A stretch of 64,000 bases of DNA from Bilabrum cf. latius (taxonomy: Eukaryota). Positions 1 through 12,663 of this stretch are shown one piece after another. Position numbers and translations under genes: made by a program. The stretch spans positions 310,001-374,000 of the forward strand of contig OZ237773.1 of NCBI GenBank assembly GCA_965178125.1, given 5' to 3'. The notes beneath the pieces are model-generated. The model worked only from the letters and a program-made list of their open reading frames with translations. It was not told where the DNA came from and ran no database searches. The first letter of the stretch is position 1, and every line of letters starts with the position of its first letter.

Positions 1-2609
1 CCCTCCGGACCTGCCCGTGCCTCTTTTCCAGCTCGGCAAACACCAGCCACAGGGGCAGGGCGCTGGCGAGGCCTTGTTCCCCGCCCTCTCCCGCGGCAGC
101 CACGGCCTCCTCGCAGATTTCCCTGGCCCTCTCCAGCTTGTCCAGGCGACCCCCAGGAGCACCCAGCACGTCGATCGAGGCACCAGCCGCTGCGGCCACG
201 GCGGGCAACGACGACGAAGATGACGAAGATGATGATGAGGACGATGATGATGACGAAGCAGCACCGGTACCTGCCCCCCCGGCGCCCTTGGTGTGGCGCT
301 TCACGAACGCCCCGATGTAAGCCAGCCACAGGTCCCTCTGGTGCGGCCAGCCGAACGCCGCCACCCCCCTCTCATACACACGGAAGGACTCCTCGAACTC
401 GTTGTGCGCCTGCAGATACTCTGCGTGCTGCAGCACCATGGCCGCCGTGGCCACTCCCAGTCGAAGGCACAGCGCATGCGCCGCCTTGACCTCATCCACA
501 GTGCCCAGGGACTCCTCCAGGTCGAGGAACAGCGCCCACACGCGGGGGTTCAGGTGCAGCCGGTCTCGCGCCGAGGTTTTGCCACCCCCGTGCAGTCGCC
601 GGAGAACCGCCGCCGAAGGTTCCCTGACGGCCTCGGCGGCCACCGCCCGGGCCTCCTCCAGTCTCTCCTCCCTCACCTCCAGCTCTGCCAGGGAACAATG
701 CACGGCGGCCAACTGGTCCACCCTCCTGAACGATACCTCAATGGCGCGCCGGAGCACCACCCTCGCCGATTCCGAGTCCCCGTTCCGCTCGTAGAGCCCT
801 GCAAACGCGATCCACAGCTCTTCCAGCTTGCCAACCGCCTTGCCCGGGTCCACCGCCTGCGTGGCCTCCTGAAACGCAAGCACTGCCTGGTCCGGCCGTC
901 CCTGCTTCTCGTACAGCTGTGCCCTGTCCAGCCACTCCTACACGCTCTGGGGGTTCTGCCTCAGCCGCACGGAGGACAGCAGCAGCGGCCGCCTGGCCAC
1001 GAGGACCTCGAGCCGCTCCATCCTGAGGGCGAGGTCCTCCTTCCCGGCCTCCAGCTGGGCCAGCTCTTTGCCCTCGATGTCGCTGGCCCCGCGGTCACCA
1101 GGCGAGTCCCCGCCCGCTGATGCCGATGAGGACGATGCAGACGCACCAGCTGCCTTGTTGGAGCTGTCCTATTCGTCCTCGTCCTCGTCCTCGTCCTCGT
1201 CGTCATCGGACACCTCTCCCGCAGCGAGCAGCAGGGTCTCCTCAAACCGCACGTAACTATCGTACACGGTCGCGAAATCCCTCACCGTCATGACGGCTTC
1301 GATCCCCTCCTCGTACACGTCTCTCGCCCGCTCGAACCTGCCCTGCCTCGAGTGCCAGTCCGCCAGCGCGCACCACAGCCGGCCCACCTCGTCCGAGAAC
1401 CTCCGGATGCCCGAGCGGAGCACCTGCTCCACATTCAGCGAGCGAACCTTCCCCGCGTGCTCCGACACGGTCGCGCACAGCCGCAGCCACAGCTCGTGGT
1501 GGGACCGCCCCCGCTTGCTGACGAAGGAGGGGTCGTCCACAGCGCGCGCCAGCACGAGGGCGCCCTCGTCCACGCGGCCAAACCGGAAGTAGTACTCGGC
1601 CAGCCGCTCGAGCTGCTTGGGGGCGAACTCGACGAACCTTCGCAGCAGCAGGGCACCCGACCTTGGGGGGACAGCCGGCTGCCGCCTCCAGTCGATGCCC
1701 AGGTGCCTGCGGACCGCCCGCTCGTCCCGTCTCAGTTGTTCCCTGGCCTCGGTGTCTTGCGCGGAGGCGCCCTTGGCTGCGGCGGAGGAGGACGATGAAG
1801 TTCCGCTGGATCGCGCGGCGCCGGTGCCGAGAAGTTCGCCGCGCTCGTCGACAGCACCCTCATCCTCGTCGTGGTCGTCATCGCCGCGCTCCGGTGGCAG
1901 CTCAAGGGACGGTACCTCGTAGGAACCGTCCTCCAGCATGCGAGGGGGGTCGGATGTTTCTACGAAGCGCACGACCGCTGGCCAGACGTGGTCGTGCTGG
2001 GTGACCGGGAGGGCTGCGAGCGCCCTGTCGAGCGTCTTGCGGATTTGGGATACTTTCCGGCGGCGGCAGAGCAGAGCGATGTGATCCCTCCACACAACAG
2101 GCATTTTATGCATGTATACCAAGGCCCGCTCAAAGACGTCGGACAGGCGTGCGAGGCGCGGGGAGGAGGGATTGCAAGCACTTGTTTGCTTGCTGCGCTC
2201 CCGCAAGTATCGCTTCCATAGCTTGTACGATCCTGGCAGGCACCGCAAGGAACGCTCGTACAGGTAGTTTCTAACCTGCAAATAAAGTTGGGTGGAGCAC
2301 GATGGGCAACACCGTAACGGAGGCTGTTGCCGGGCTGCATCCCAATAGTGACAGTTGTCATGAGCCAAGCCTTCAAATAGGGAAACGATCCTGCACGACT
2401 ACTACATTTGTTCTCCATTAAAATTGATAGTATTATTATATTCTCACCGGAGGGGTTGCATCTCTTTTTGAGCCCAAATACTCCAGCCACAGCGACAGGT
2501 CCAATGGATTCCGCTTAAGCTGCTCCTCAAACGACACGTCGTCTTCGTTCAGCTCTAAGGTTCCAACTGCTGCAACGTCGATGTCGGTACCTCCGCGCAG
2601 TTGCGCCAT
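1..2609 (-). CDS. SYF1: Pre-mRNA splicing factor SYF1/XAB2 (HAT repeats); 3' end runs off the window start
   Basis: Exon 1 2609-2448 (EDDVSFEEQLKRNPLDLSLWLEYL), then GTGAG..GCAG intron 2447-2276. Exon 2 has YERSLRCLPGSYKLW, FSDEVGRLWCALAD, RRPLLLSSVRLRQNPQSV*EW, DLEESLGT and FEESFRVYERG, all recognisable XAB2/Syf1 motifs. In-frame TAGs at 1169 and 938. Confidence 0.93.
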
Positions 2610-2717
2610 CTCGCCAAATGTTGTGCTGGGCGGCAGCTTCTCGTCGCAACGGCTCCGATTGCCAATCATTTATGCCTCACCGATCCGTGCTGGTGGGTCT
2701 GGTCTATTTGTCGTGGC
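2610..2717. promoter_or_regulatory. Putative bidirectional promoter between SYF1 and the PhyH gene
   Basis: Only 108 bp separate the divergent ATGs; no specific motif identified. Confidence 0.45.
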
Positions 2718-4003
2718 ATGGCTGCTGTGTCCGACAAGTGTCACGATACGCTGTACTCTAAGTATACTAGCTCAACATCGATACCAGAGACAGATGGAGG
2801 CCCTGGCTGGCACCCCAGCGCTGACCAGGTAGAACAATTTCGCATGGCTGGTTGCATGATTGTGAGAAAGTTCATCACGACTGAGGAGCATAAGAGGCTC
2901 AGGTCGGAGTGCGATCGAGAGGATGGTGTGAAGCAATTCGCATTTGAACGAGATGATGGAGAGGGTCGGAAATCCAAGATGTGAGGAACGGCTCGATGTC
3001 AAAAACAGTTGCACTTGTGCGACTCGCGTCGTATCCGTACACTCGAGACATTCCACGTGCCAACAATTTACGTGCTTATTTTCGCCGCTTATTTTCACAC
3101 AGGTCGTTGTGGTATACTCCAGGCGAAGATCTAACAGGTGCATGCGGCCGCTCAGAGCGGGCCATGGCACCAGCCGATGCCTTCGTGGGGGGTCCTGTGT
3201 ATCACCACCACACAAAGCTGATCATGAAAGACGCGCGTACTGGAGGACGGTTTGCACCACACCAGGACAGAGGATACTGTGAGCTGATCGGTGCTCGTTG
3301 CCTTTGGCCTCCTGCGGACAAGACGTGGAGTCCACCATCCCGTTGTGCCACCAGCATCAGAAAGTATAGTCCCACATGCTAAACGCGACAAGATTAATAG
3401 CCCAAACCATGTTCATACTTGTCTCCAATCACCGCAGGGCACTCCACTGGTATGCTCAGGCCTCACGCATGCACGCTGATGGTGGCGCTGGATGACGCCG
3501 ATGCCGAGAACGGGTGCCTGCAGGTCTGGCCCGGGTCACACCAGTGCGGCGTTCTACCGCATGGGTCAGTGGGTGGCCAAACAGGACTGCTACCTAAGTT
3601 TGCCGAGGCGGTGGCCCGCGATTACGAGCGGCATAACGTGGTTCTACGGGCGGGAGACGCGTGCTACTTCCACTGCGATCTGGTGCATGTGAGCCAGAGG
3701 AACGGCAGCGACCGAAGGAGATGGTGCTTTCTGGTGGCATTCAATCGCAAGGACAACGAGGATAGGTGGAGGAGACACCCAGCTTCATCTCTCTCGATCG
3801 AGCGCTCCCCGGATGATGCCTTCATGAAGGTTCCCTGCGGGCTTCCAGTGAGCACGGCGGTGAAGGACTTTATGGATTTCGAGGGGAAAACCGAAAAGGA
3901 ACGGGGAAGTATCGATGGAGGAGAACGCAAAGGGCACGGTGAGGCCGATGTTGCTGCTGCCAGTGGCGGCAAGGCTGCTCCGAGCGAGCAAGTGAGCAAG
4001 TGA
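2718..4003 (+). CDS. PhyH-family Fe(II)/2-oxoglutarate dioxygenase (ectoine/proline hydroxylase-like)
   Basis: Exons 2718-2980, 3103-3278 and 3438-4003, joined by phase-compatible GT-AG introns. Motifs YHHHTKLIMK, HQD (HxD), ENGCLQVWPGSH and FHCDLVHVS..N.S.RRR. Ends TGA; no internal TAG. Confidence 0.88.
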
Positions 4004-4187
4004 GCAAGTGCTCCTCCGAGACTGAGGGCAGGTGAGCAATGCCCTAAAGCTTGGAGGCATGATGCGCTATGCACGATAATAATTATAATCATATCACAAT
4101 TTCCTGTGCCTACGGTCAGAGATATCATTCATCACTCAGATTTAGATAATTTAGCACTGCCAGCGTACGGGCAGTGCCAACCTTCGC

Positions 4188-5929
4188 TCAGTCCCCATCG
4201 TCCATTGGCTCGCTCCAACCGCAGTCACCTCCCCCATCTACGCGTGCTCCATCATAGTGTCGGCCAGTAGACTGGTTCCCCGCCGCGGCCCATCGACTCA
4301 TCGATTTCCTCTCTGCGATCCTCGCCGCCATGGCGGCCTGCAGCCGCACCTCCCTTGCCCTCCGGATCTCTTCCCGGGCCGCTGCCTCTCTGCGTCTAGC
4401 CATCTCTTTCAGCTGCCACTGTCTTTCCTCCAGTGCGTGCTGGGTCCTTCGGCGAGCCAAGTCGGCCTCCAGCTGCTCCACTTCCGCCCAGTGGGGAGAC
4501 GACCTGCCTGCATCGTCGTGCGGTGCACCCAGATGTAGCGTTGACTCCAGCAAGACAGCGTGCGGTTTTCCTACCTCGGGCGACTCGTTGCTCATCGTTT
4601 GAAAGCGAACAGGCCTGCATACAGCAGTCCTCTACCGCAAGGCCCAAGAGTCCCGCAGCACTCCCAGCATGCCACCATCCAGCGCACTGGCTCGAAGGTG
4701 GTGATGTGCATCCGATGCGGCGCCTCCACCCCATGTCGGTGCTGTGGCAGCAACAGAGATGATAGTGGGCCGTGCTGCTCCCTGGGCGGCGTGGGCAACA
4801 GAGCTGAGCTGCTTGGGGGCGGATGCAGCAGCTGCTGCTCGGGCTGCTTGCGATGCTGCGATGGATCCGCGTGAATTTCCGTGCGCGCCTTTCCTGAGAC
4901 TCTGGTCGCCTCTAAAAGCACCGCTGCTCCATACCTGCTGCCCTGCACCGCCACGATGAGGCCCCCAGGTCTGACGCAGGGGTTTCTGTGGGAAGGGAGC
5001 GCTGGGTGGCCCTTCGGCGTGCCAGTCTCTGCCGACTTGTTGGCCATTGCGGAGGGTCCACTGCCTGTTCTACGGGCCCCAGTTGTGTTTTAGTGAGCTT
5101 CCAGCCTCCGACGTAGTCTGCAGCTGCGAGGAGGCTGTCAGTTGGGAGGACGTTGTCGTGGCAAGCGACCTGCTCGACGTAGAGGCTGTCGTGATCGAGT
5201 CGTTTTTTCCGGGGGCACTACGGGGCATGGGAGCGATGGGCCCCGATCCAGTCCGACTGCTGAGGAATGCAACCCGCCCATTGGTAGGCGCTTCCGGTCC
5301 CTGCAGCTGCGGCCCGCTCCCGGTCTCTTCCCACTGGGCTGCTGGTTGCCCTGCCCCTCTCCCGGTCTCTTCCCACTGGGCTGCTGGTTGCCCCGCCCCG
5401 CTACTGGACGATGTGAGGGCCACGGGACTATAGTGGTCTCGCAGTTGGGTGGACACCATGGGCATGGGACCCGGGAAGGTGCAGTTTTGCATGACGCCTT
5501 CGTGCTGGAGTACCCCCCCATGCTGCCTGCTGCTAGTGGAGGCGGCGTCATCGGCCGGCGGATGCACCGGGCCGAGACCCAGCCCCTCGAGCCCGCTGCC
5601 CATGGAGGCGCCCGAGCCCGGGCGAATGGAGTGAGGGTCGTCCAGGCTGTCGCTGCTGATGCTTCCATTCGGGGAGAACGACCCCCGAGGGTAGGACATC
5701 GCCACCTGCGCGCCTGCGCGGCTCGTGTCGTCAAGCATGCTGTGGTCGTCCATGTCCCAAGCATTCCCGGTGCCTGCAAGTGAGACTCCGCAAAGAATTA
5801 ATTGGAAAATAGTATGCAAAATCTGATGCAAGTCAGTACCCTGCGTATTATTAGAGTGGAAGACTCACCTGGAGCGGCACCCGCCGTTGACGTCTGCTGC
5901 TGCTGAGGACCGACTGCTGGAGACCTCAT
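4188..5929 (-). CDS. Unknown low-complexity protein with C-terminal coiled coil (paralog A)
   Basis: ATG 5929, intron 5868-5774, then one frame to TGA 4188 with TAGs at 5070 and 4632. Long blocks are near-identical to 17575-20176. Confidence 0.7.
5317..5399. repeat. 42-bp tandem duplication (GAGQPAAQWEETG x2) inside paralog A
   Basis: ctcccggtctcttcccactgggctgctggttgccc occurs at 5317 and 5359. Confidence 0.9.
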
Positions 5930-6550
5930 TGTCTGCGAGATGCTTCAGGCTTAGCACATTTATTATAAGCATTAAATTTTGAAGGGGAAACAGTCGATGC
6001 GCTTTATGACAGGAAGAGAGAGCCTTGCTGCATCGCGGACATCAGTAGCTATCCTCGCCTGCCCAGTACTATGAGCCCATCCAAAGTCTACTTCAAGAAG
6101 CAAAGCAGACTAATCGTTACTAAAACTTCAAAATTAAGTAATTGTCACAGTGCATCTTGACTGTCTCTGATATTTGGGGCGATATAAGCGCATCCACCCA
6201 AGGCACCTATGCCCACTCCACAAGCTTGGCAAGCTGTGAATGCTATTGAAGCTACCCTCTAGGACATAGAATGCAACTCACAAAGAAGTTTGGTAACAGA
6301 TATAACTGCAGTGGGTTTTATGTGCTGGTATCAAGCGGATTAGGTGACAAATAGGGTGCGCACCAAAGGGTGTCACAACGTGATGGCAGTGGTGAAAGCT
6401 CCACTCGTCGGCTCCGAGTCGTTCAAATAGGTTCCTTCGGGTTCGCTGAAGCTTCGTTCTCAAAGAATTCTTTGGCATCTCCTGTGCATTCCCAGCAACG
6501 GATAGGATTGAGCACGCTCCGAATTCGCATAGTCATACTATATTGAGTAC

Positions 6551-9500
6551 ATGGCGGGGAGCAAGGCTGCTGAAGACAAGCCATTGCAGGACACTTAGCC
6601 GCTGAGCACAACAGTGGAATCAGCGGGGCCTGCTCCAGTTCCTCGACCACTGCCTGCTCCGGACAAGGTTCGCGGATGGAAGTATTTTAAGGATGTTCTG
6701 GGGTCCCCAAGGCTCTGGGTGGCACCGATGGTTGAGCAAAGCGATCTCGGGTTTCGAATGCTGTGCCTGCACTGGGGCGCTGACATGGCGTGTGTGCACA
6801 TGCTCGTCCCCAAGCACATTATGCAGGACACCCGGCACTCAGTTTTAAGAAATTGCTGGGCCGAACGGGACGAGAAGCGAGGTCACGGCCCGATGGTCGA
6901 CGGTTTAGGCGTAGTTCCAGTGGGGCCGATCACCGCTGAACTTGCTGCGGCAGAGGCCGAGAAAGCGAAAAAGCTCGGCGCAGCAGGTGCTAGTGCAAGA
7001 CCTTACAAGCCTGAGTAGCTCGATCCAGCGGGTTAGCCGAGCAAGGCCGCAGACCAGATCGCATCCATACGGAGGGAGGCTCTCGCGCGAGCAAGGGCCA
7101 GGATGTTCGCCCTCCCGGCACAAGAAGGCCCCATACACGAGCGAGCATCGCTTCGAGCACCGGGGAAATCGCCGACTGATCGCGATATTGACCTCACGTG
7201 GGGCCCCGGCAGATCCCCTCACCAGCTCGGGCTCCCGCTTCCGCCACCGCTGCCATCGTAGGTCGAAAGAACGGGTGCAAGCGCAGGCCCGTCGTCCTCG
7301 GCATCTCCAACCGGCGGCCCTACGGACTCCTTCGCACCAGCCCATGTCTCGTGCCTCTCAGAGATGCCACCCCTGCCGAGCCAGGCATGCACTCGTCACA
7401 CTGAGATGACCTCGTACCTGCAGCGGCACTGCGACAACAGGTACCTCCACGGCGCCCTCTCAACGTGCCCAGAAGAGGTCAACTGCTCCATCCAGGTGTG
7501 CGGGCACGACCCGAAGCTCGTGTGCCCCGCCGCCCAGCGGGCCGTGGCCCACGCCAGGAGGCTGGGTGCCAGGGTGGTCGCGGTGGACCTGAACCTGGGG
7601 TGTCCGCAAGGCATCGCCAGGAAGGGCAGGTACGGCTCTTTCCTGCTGCCAGAGTACCCTGTTGCCGCTGACGTGGTCCGGTGCCTGGATCGAGCGCTGC
7701 CTGACGTGGCAGTCACCGTCAAGATCAGGTGCCTGCCTACGATGGGAGAGACGCTCAAGGCTGTCAGGGCACTCGTCGACGCGGGGGCCGCGCTCGTCAC
7801 AGTGCACGGCCGGATCCAGCCGAACAAAGGCCCGCACATCGGGAACGCCGACTGGCGCGCCATCGCCGAGATCGTGCGCAGTTTCCCCGAAGTACCAGTG
7901 GTCGCAAACGGATCCATGGTCACTGGGGGTGACATCCTCAGGTGCCTGGCCGCCACGGGGGCAGCTGGGTGCATGCTCAGCGAGGGCTGCCTCGGTGACC
8001 CGGGTGTGTTTTACAGGGCCAAGGTACTCGCCAGGAAGCTGGGGTGGCCCAGCCTGGGAGCCTGCTCCCTCCATGAGCGAGCCGCAGGTGAAAGGGGAAG
8101 GGGGCCGCCTGGCTCCCGGGCGATGGGTGGGGAGGCATCTGATGGTGCTGGTGCTGGTGCTGGTGCTGGTGCTGGTGCTGGTGCTGGTGCTGGTGCTGAG
8201 GGCAGCAGCAGCGGAGCCGAGGCACTTTCACGCGCCCTGTTTGACATGGGAAACAACGACCTGGCCAAACTGGCGCCCAGCCGCCCCCACGAGGTGGATC
8301 TTCTGGAGGACTACGTGAGGCATGCCCGAAGGTACGGCACCGATCGGAGCGCGTTCACGAGCCACGTCAACAAGCTCGCCCACGCCCCCTTCCTGGCCTG
8401 GCCCAGACTCAGGTCCATGCAGTACAGCGCCTGGAGGCACGATGAGCTGCACTGGTACATCCTGGCTCGGCTGCAGGAGGATTCGGTCGCATGCGGGACC
8501 GGGGGGGACGGCGTCTCTGGGAATGATTCGTCCACGCCAAAGGTGGAGCGGAAGTTCGACGTGGACATGTCGCCCGAGGCCATCGCAGATCGCAAGAGGA
8601 GGGGCGTGGACAAACTCGGCAACCGGATTGTTCCCCGGGCACTGAAGAGCGAGAAGGAGAAGAACAAGCACAGGGCCGACACGTTCGTCTCCGGGAGGGG
8701 CCTCTTCGACGCGATGCAGGCATGCGTGGTGCAAGCTGGCATGACGATCAGCAGGAACCAGAGACTGTACGTGATCCGATCCGATGGGTCTCAGGCCAGG
8801 CATCTGGGGGAGGGCAGGGGGGTGTGTGCGGCAGCGCAGGCGGCCATCGCTGCTCTCAACAAAGAGAAGTCTGCAGCCATCGGCGCGCTGGCTATGGGTG
8901 CGACAGCGGACGAAGCTCCGCAATCTGACGGTCCTAGAACCGGTGCGGGAGCCCCGAGCGCAAGCTCAGCAGCTTCATCATCGTCCTCGTCCTCGTCATC
9001 TTGCTCATCATCGTCCTCGTCTCCTTCTGCCACCTCTAGTTCAAACCCGAGTCAGGCCAAGGCGCCCGAGATCCAGCGGCCAGAGGGGAAGGAGCCCTTC
9101 TGTCTCATCAGCGGGGTGCCAGTGTACGCTGGGGATCGCATCGTTGTTCCCTCGAAGCTGTACCACTCGATCGGCTCCGACTGGGCCACACAGCACCATG
9201 CGATGCAGATACCGCCCGCCTCGCTGAGTCTTGTGTACGAGACGATGGACGAGGTGGTGTAGATCATGCGGGCGAGGCTCAGGGAACACGGGGCGGGTTG
9301 CCTGACCATGCTGAGCAAGAGCAGGGCCAGAGAAATGGGGCTGCAGGTAAACGGCGCCAATCCGCCTAAGAAGAAAACCAAGGGGAAGCAGCAGCAGCAG
9401 AAGTAGCAGCAGCAGGCCGCACCGGGTGCAGCCCATGTTGGTAGTGCTCCATCCACGGAGCCACCGACAATGCCTGCTCTCGCGTCCACTGCAGGGCACA

Positions 9501-10009
9501 TGGATCCGCTGACTCGGGTGGGCGACTCGCAGTCCGGCGAGACCTCGGGGAACCTCGCGCGGTCGACCGACGCCGCCATCGTGCCGATTGCCATCGCGTG
9601 GCCGGAGGTGGGCGGGTGGTACTACAGGTACCGGCTGCACTCCCAGCCGCAGTGCTCAGGCGGTGCCAAGCTCGAATCCAAGCCGCCCAAGAAGAAGAAG
9701 CCAAGGGAGGAGAGGAGAGCTAGGGCGGTGGTGAGGAGGGAGGCCATGTATGGCGTGGGGGGCAGGGGGTCTCTTCACAGCGGTGGGATCCAGGAGCAGG
9801 AGAGGCTCAAGAGCATGGAGGCGGCCAGCGGGGCAGGCGCCGCAACGCACTCGGGTGATCTGCGATCTCACAGCATCGGGTCTGGAGCAATAAGCGCTGC
9901 ACCGGCAGTTGCTGGATCCACCCGATCGGCGCCAGATGCCATGGATGACGCGGCTGGAGCTGCGGGGGGTCAACCAGCCAGCAAGAAGCCGAGAGTAGAA
10001 ACTAAGTGA
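6551..10009 (+). CDS. DUS1: tRNA-dihydrouridine synthase, DUS1-like (about 1152 aa with long insertions)
   Basis: One frame from ATG 6551 to TGA 10007, with TAGs at 6596, 7016, 7034, 7259, 9260 and 9404. Motifs APMVEQSDLGFRMLC, DLNLGCPQGIARKGRYGSFL, VTVKIR, TVHGR and ANG. Confidence 0.88.
8144..8197. repeat. (GGTGCT)9 microsatellite encoding poly-Gly-Ala in DUS1
   Basis: Read directly from the sequence. Confidence 0.95.
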
Positions 10010-10164
10010 TGCAAGTGGCCAAAAAGCCGCTGCCTTTCCTGATCCGATTGGGGTACTTTCCCTGTCCAAATCATGATACCTCCTGGATTTGATTTTGTAA
10101 GTGCACAAAAAGCGGCCAAGAACAAATGCAAATACCCATGTTGGCGGCCATATCCCGCAGCACT

Positions 10165-11118
10165 TCACGAAGCCTGCTTCGGCCTATCGATTCCCTTGTC
10201 TCTTGCCAGCTGGCACACCTTCTTCAGTAACCGACACGACCCCTCCCACTCTTCCCCAGCAAATGCCTCAAACCTCTCGAACCAGTCGTTCACCCGTGGC
10301 ACCTCACGCATGCGCTCCTCGAAGTCGCCGAGGGCCTGCATGGAGGCAATCTCCGAGGCGAGGCTGACGTCAGCGATGCTCGCATACTGCGTACCTGCCA
10401 CCCATGGGCCAGACCATGACGAAGGAGGTGCTTCATCAGTGCTGGAATGCAAGTTGTGTGCAGTGGGGCCGTCTGCCAGGCGGTCCAGGCGGCCCTCGAG
10501 CTGGGCAAGTGCTCGGGCGAGCACGCGCTCTCCGCGCTCGATCGACTGCTCGCTCCTGGTAGGTAAGCCACCGAGCGGTCCCATTACCCTGCCAAAGGTT
10601 ACCGGTGCAGACCCAGGCCGCAGCGCGCAGTGCTACCAGTCAAGGTGGGCATCAATAGATGCCTTGCCCTGCAGATCGTATCCCGCGTACCAGTGGTGGC
10701 TCACTCCGAAGGCAGGCTCTGACGAGAGATACCTAAGAATTGCGTGGGATTCAGAAAGGACAAATGGCGCACTATTTGAACCATCTGCGCCGTTCCCGGC
10801 CTGTTCCTCGCTAATCACCTCAATAACTGGAACTTGTCCCATTGGAGAGAGCTCTGCGACAGTGTGCAAACCCCATCATGATATGAATGAAGCAGAAGTT
10901 TGGTTCCGACACAAAGATCTGCTCTACTACGACCTCCATAAACGAATCTTACTTCGAAACCATTCTGTTCTGACGTCTCCCTTGGCGATCCTAACAGTCT
11001 TGAAGTCAGCATGCATAGATTTCGTTGATTTCATCAGGAAGTACACTGCCCTGGCCGGCTGCGAAATCAAGTCAGCATACAACCTAACGATACGTTTGGG
11101 ACCATGATTTCGGAGCAT
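10165..11118 (-). CDS. Glutathione S-transferase, theta class
   Basis: Exon 1 11118-10953 (LYADLISQPARAV), intron 10952-10854 (GTAAG..GCAG), exon 2 LSPMGQVPVI..LSESHAILRYL..LDW*HCALRPG..SIADVSLASEI. One TAG at 10633; ends TGA 10165. Confidence 0.9.
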
Positions 11119-11238
11119 GTGTTTGTCTTACAATAGGACGTCAGGATCGCCGGAGTGCCATTGGCAGCGGGAGTGACGAGCGAGCCGTGCGGTTCAAATT
11201 CTTGCTGCAACTGAGGCTTTGTCACCATAACCTGAGCA
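11119..11238. promoter_or_regulatory. Putative bidirectional promoter between the GST and coiled-coil genes
   Basis: 120 bp between divergent ATGs. Confidence 0.45.
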
Positions 11239-12612
11239 ATGTCATCATATGTAGCTGCACTGCGAGATTCAACGAAGTTCTTGAATGAGTCTCTGGGGGT
11301 GCTAGATGGAGTTAAAGGAAGGGATCCTCCTACAGTGCACCCGCGCGACCTGCCTACGGTGCGGCATGCAACTGTTGCAGAGTAGGCCACATATATGTCG
11401 TGAGGTCAATATATAAGGCTGCCAAACTGATCAAACTTGCATTTCTATTTCATGTGCCGTGTCGAGTAGCTGCCCCGAGTCTGTGTTGCCCGCAGGTACG
11501 AGCAGAGCCGCCAAGCTGCAGAGGGATACCAGCAGATCCTTGCTGCCTCGGTCGGCCCCGCAGCGCACCAACTTGCGCAACCGCAACCACTGCCCGAAAT
11601 GCTCACGGATGTCCCCAAGACGGGCATCGTGTCGCGAGCGCTCACCCAGTCGCACGCGGTTCGACTGGGAGCGAGCCAGCTCGGCAGCTCGGCCGCCTCT
11701 GCGCTGCTCGCTTCGACGAGGCTCCCGACGGGCGCGCCAACAGAACCATCACAACTGGCTTCCTCATCATCTTCCTCCGCGTCATCCTCAGCCGCCTCGT
11801 CATCAGCCGCTGCCTCCGGGGGTGCACCCATGACAGATGGCGACGACGACGACGAGAGACCGGACTTGGCAACGAGCGCGCTGGGGGTGTCCAGCCTTGG
11901 TAGCAGCAGCAGCAGCACGAGCAGTAGCACGACCCCATCGGGCCAGCCATCCGGCCCGTCCTCCCAGTTCAGCCACATGTCGGTCACCGAGCACGTCAGT
12001 GCAGTGCAGGCGCTGCTCAACGCCGCCGAGGACAGGGTCGACGCCCACCCGGGCTTGGACGACCACAGGCTGCAGCTGAGGACGCTGAGATCGAAAGCGG
12101 CCGGCCTAGCCGCGGGGCTGCGGGCCGCCAACCAGAGGCTGCGCCCCTACTCAGAATCGAAAATCGACGAGACACGGGCGGCGCGGCTGTCAGCCGAGGA
12201 GGAGGACATGGGGCGGGAGCTGCGGGAGACGCAGGGCCGGGCGGGGGAGGCTAGGGAACAATTGGAGAGGGCGAGGGACCGGCTGGACGATGCCAGGGAA
12301 CAACTGAGAGTCGCGGAGGAGGACGCGGCTGACGGCCGGGACACGGAATCGAAAATCGCGGGCGCGCGTGCTCGCAGGGACGAGACCCAGAGGGAAGCCG
12401 AGGCGCTGAACGAGGCGATCGCGAGGGCAAGGCAGAGGCTGGAAGATGCCGAGGCGGCCGTGAGGAGCCTGGAGCAAGCGACTGGGGCTGCTGGGAGCGG
12501 GAATGATGCAGGCGCCGGGACGCGGGCCGGCAATGCGGCGATGGAGGGTGCTGGAGAGGGTGACGGTTCACCTGCGGTGTCCACGCCGACCGATGGTGGG
12601 TCTTCGTCATCA

Positions 12613-12663
<51 letters not shown>

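Noticed and set aside
11239-11310. Resemblance of the N-terminus to the DASH subunit Spc19
   Set aside because: Only a generic amphipathic helix pattern; not supportable without a profile search.
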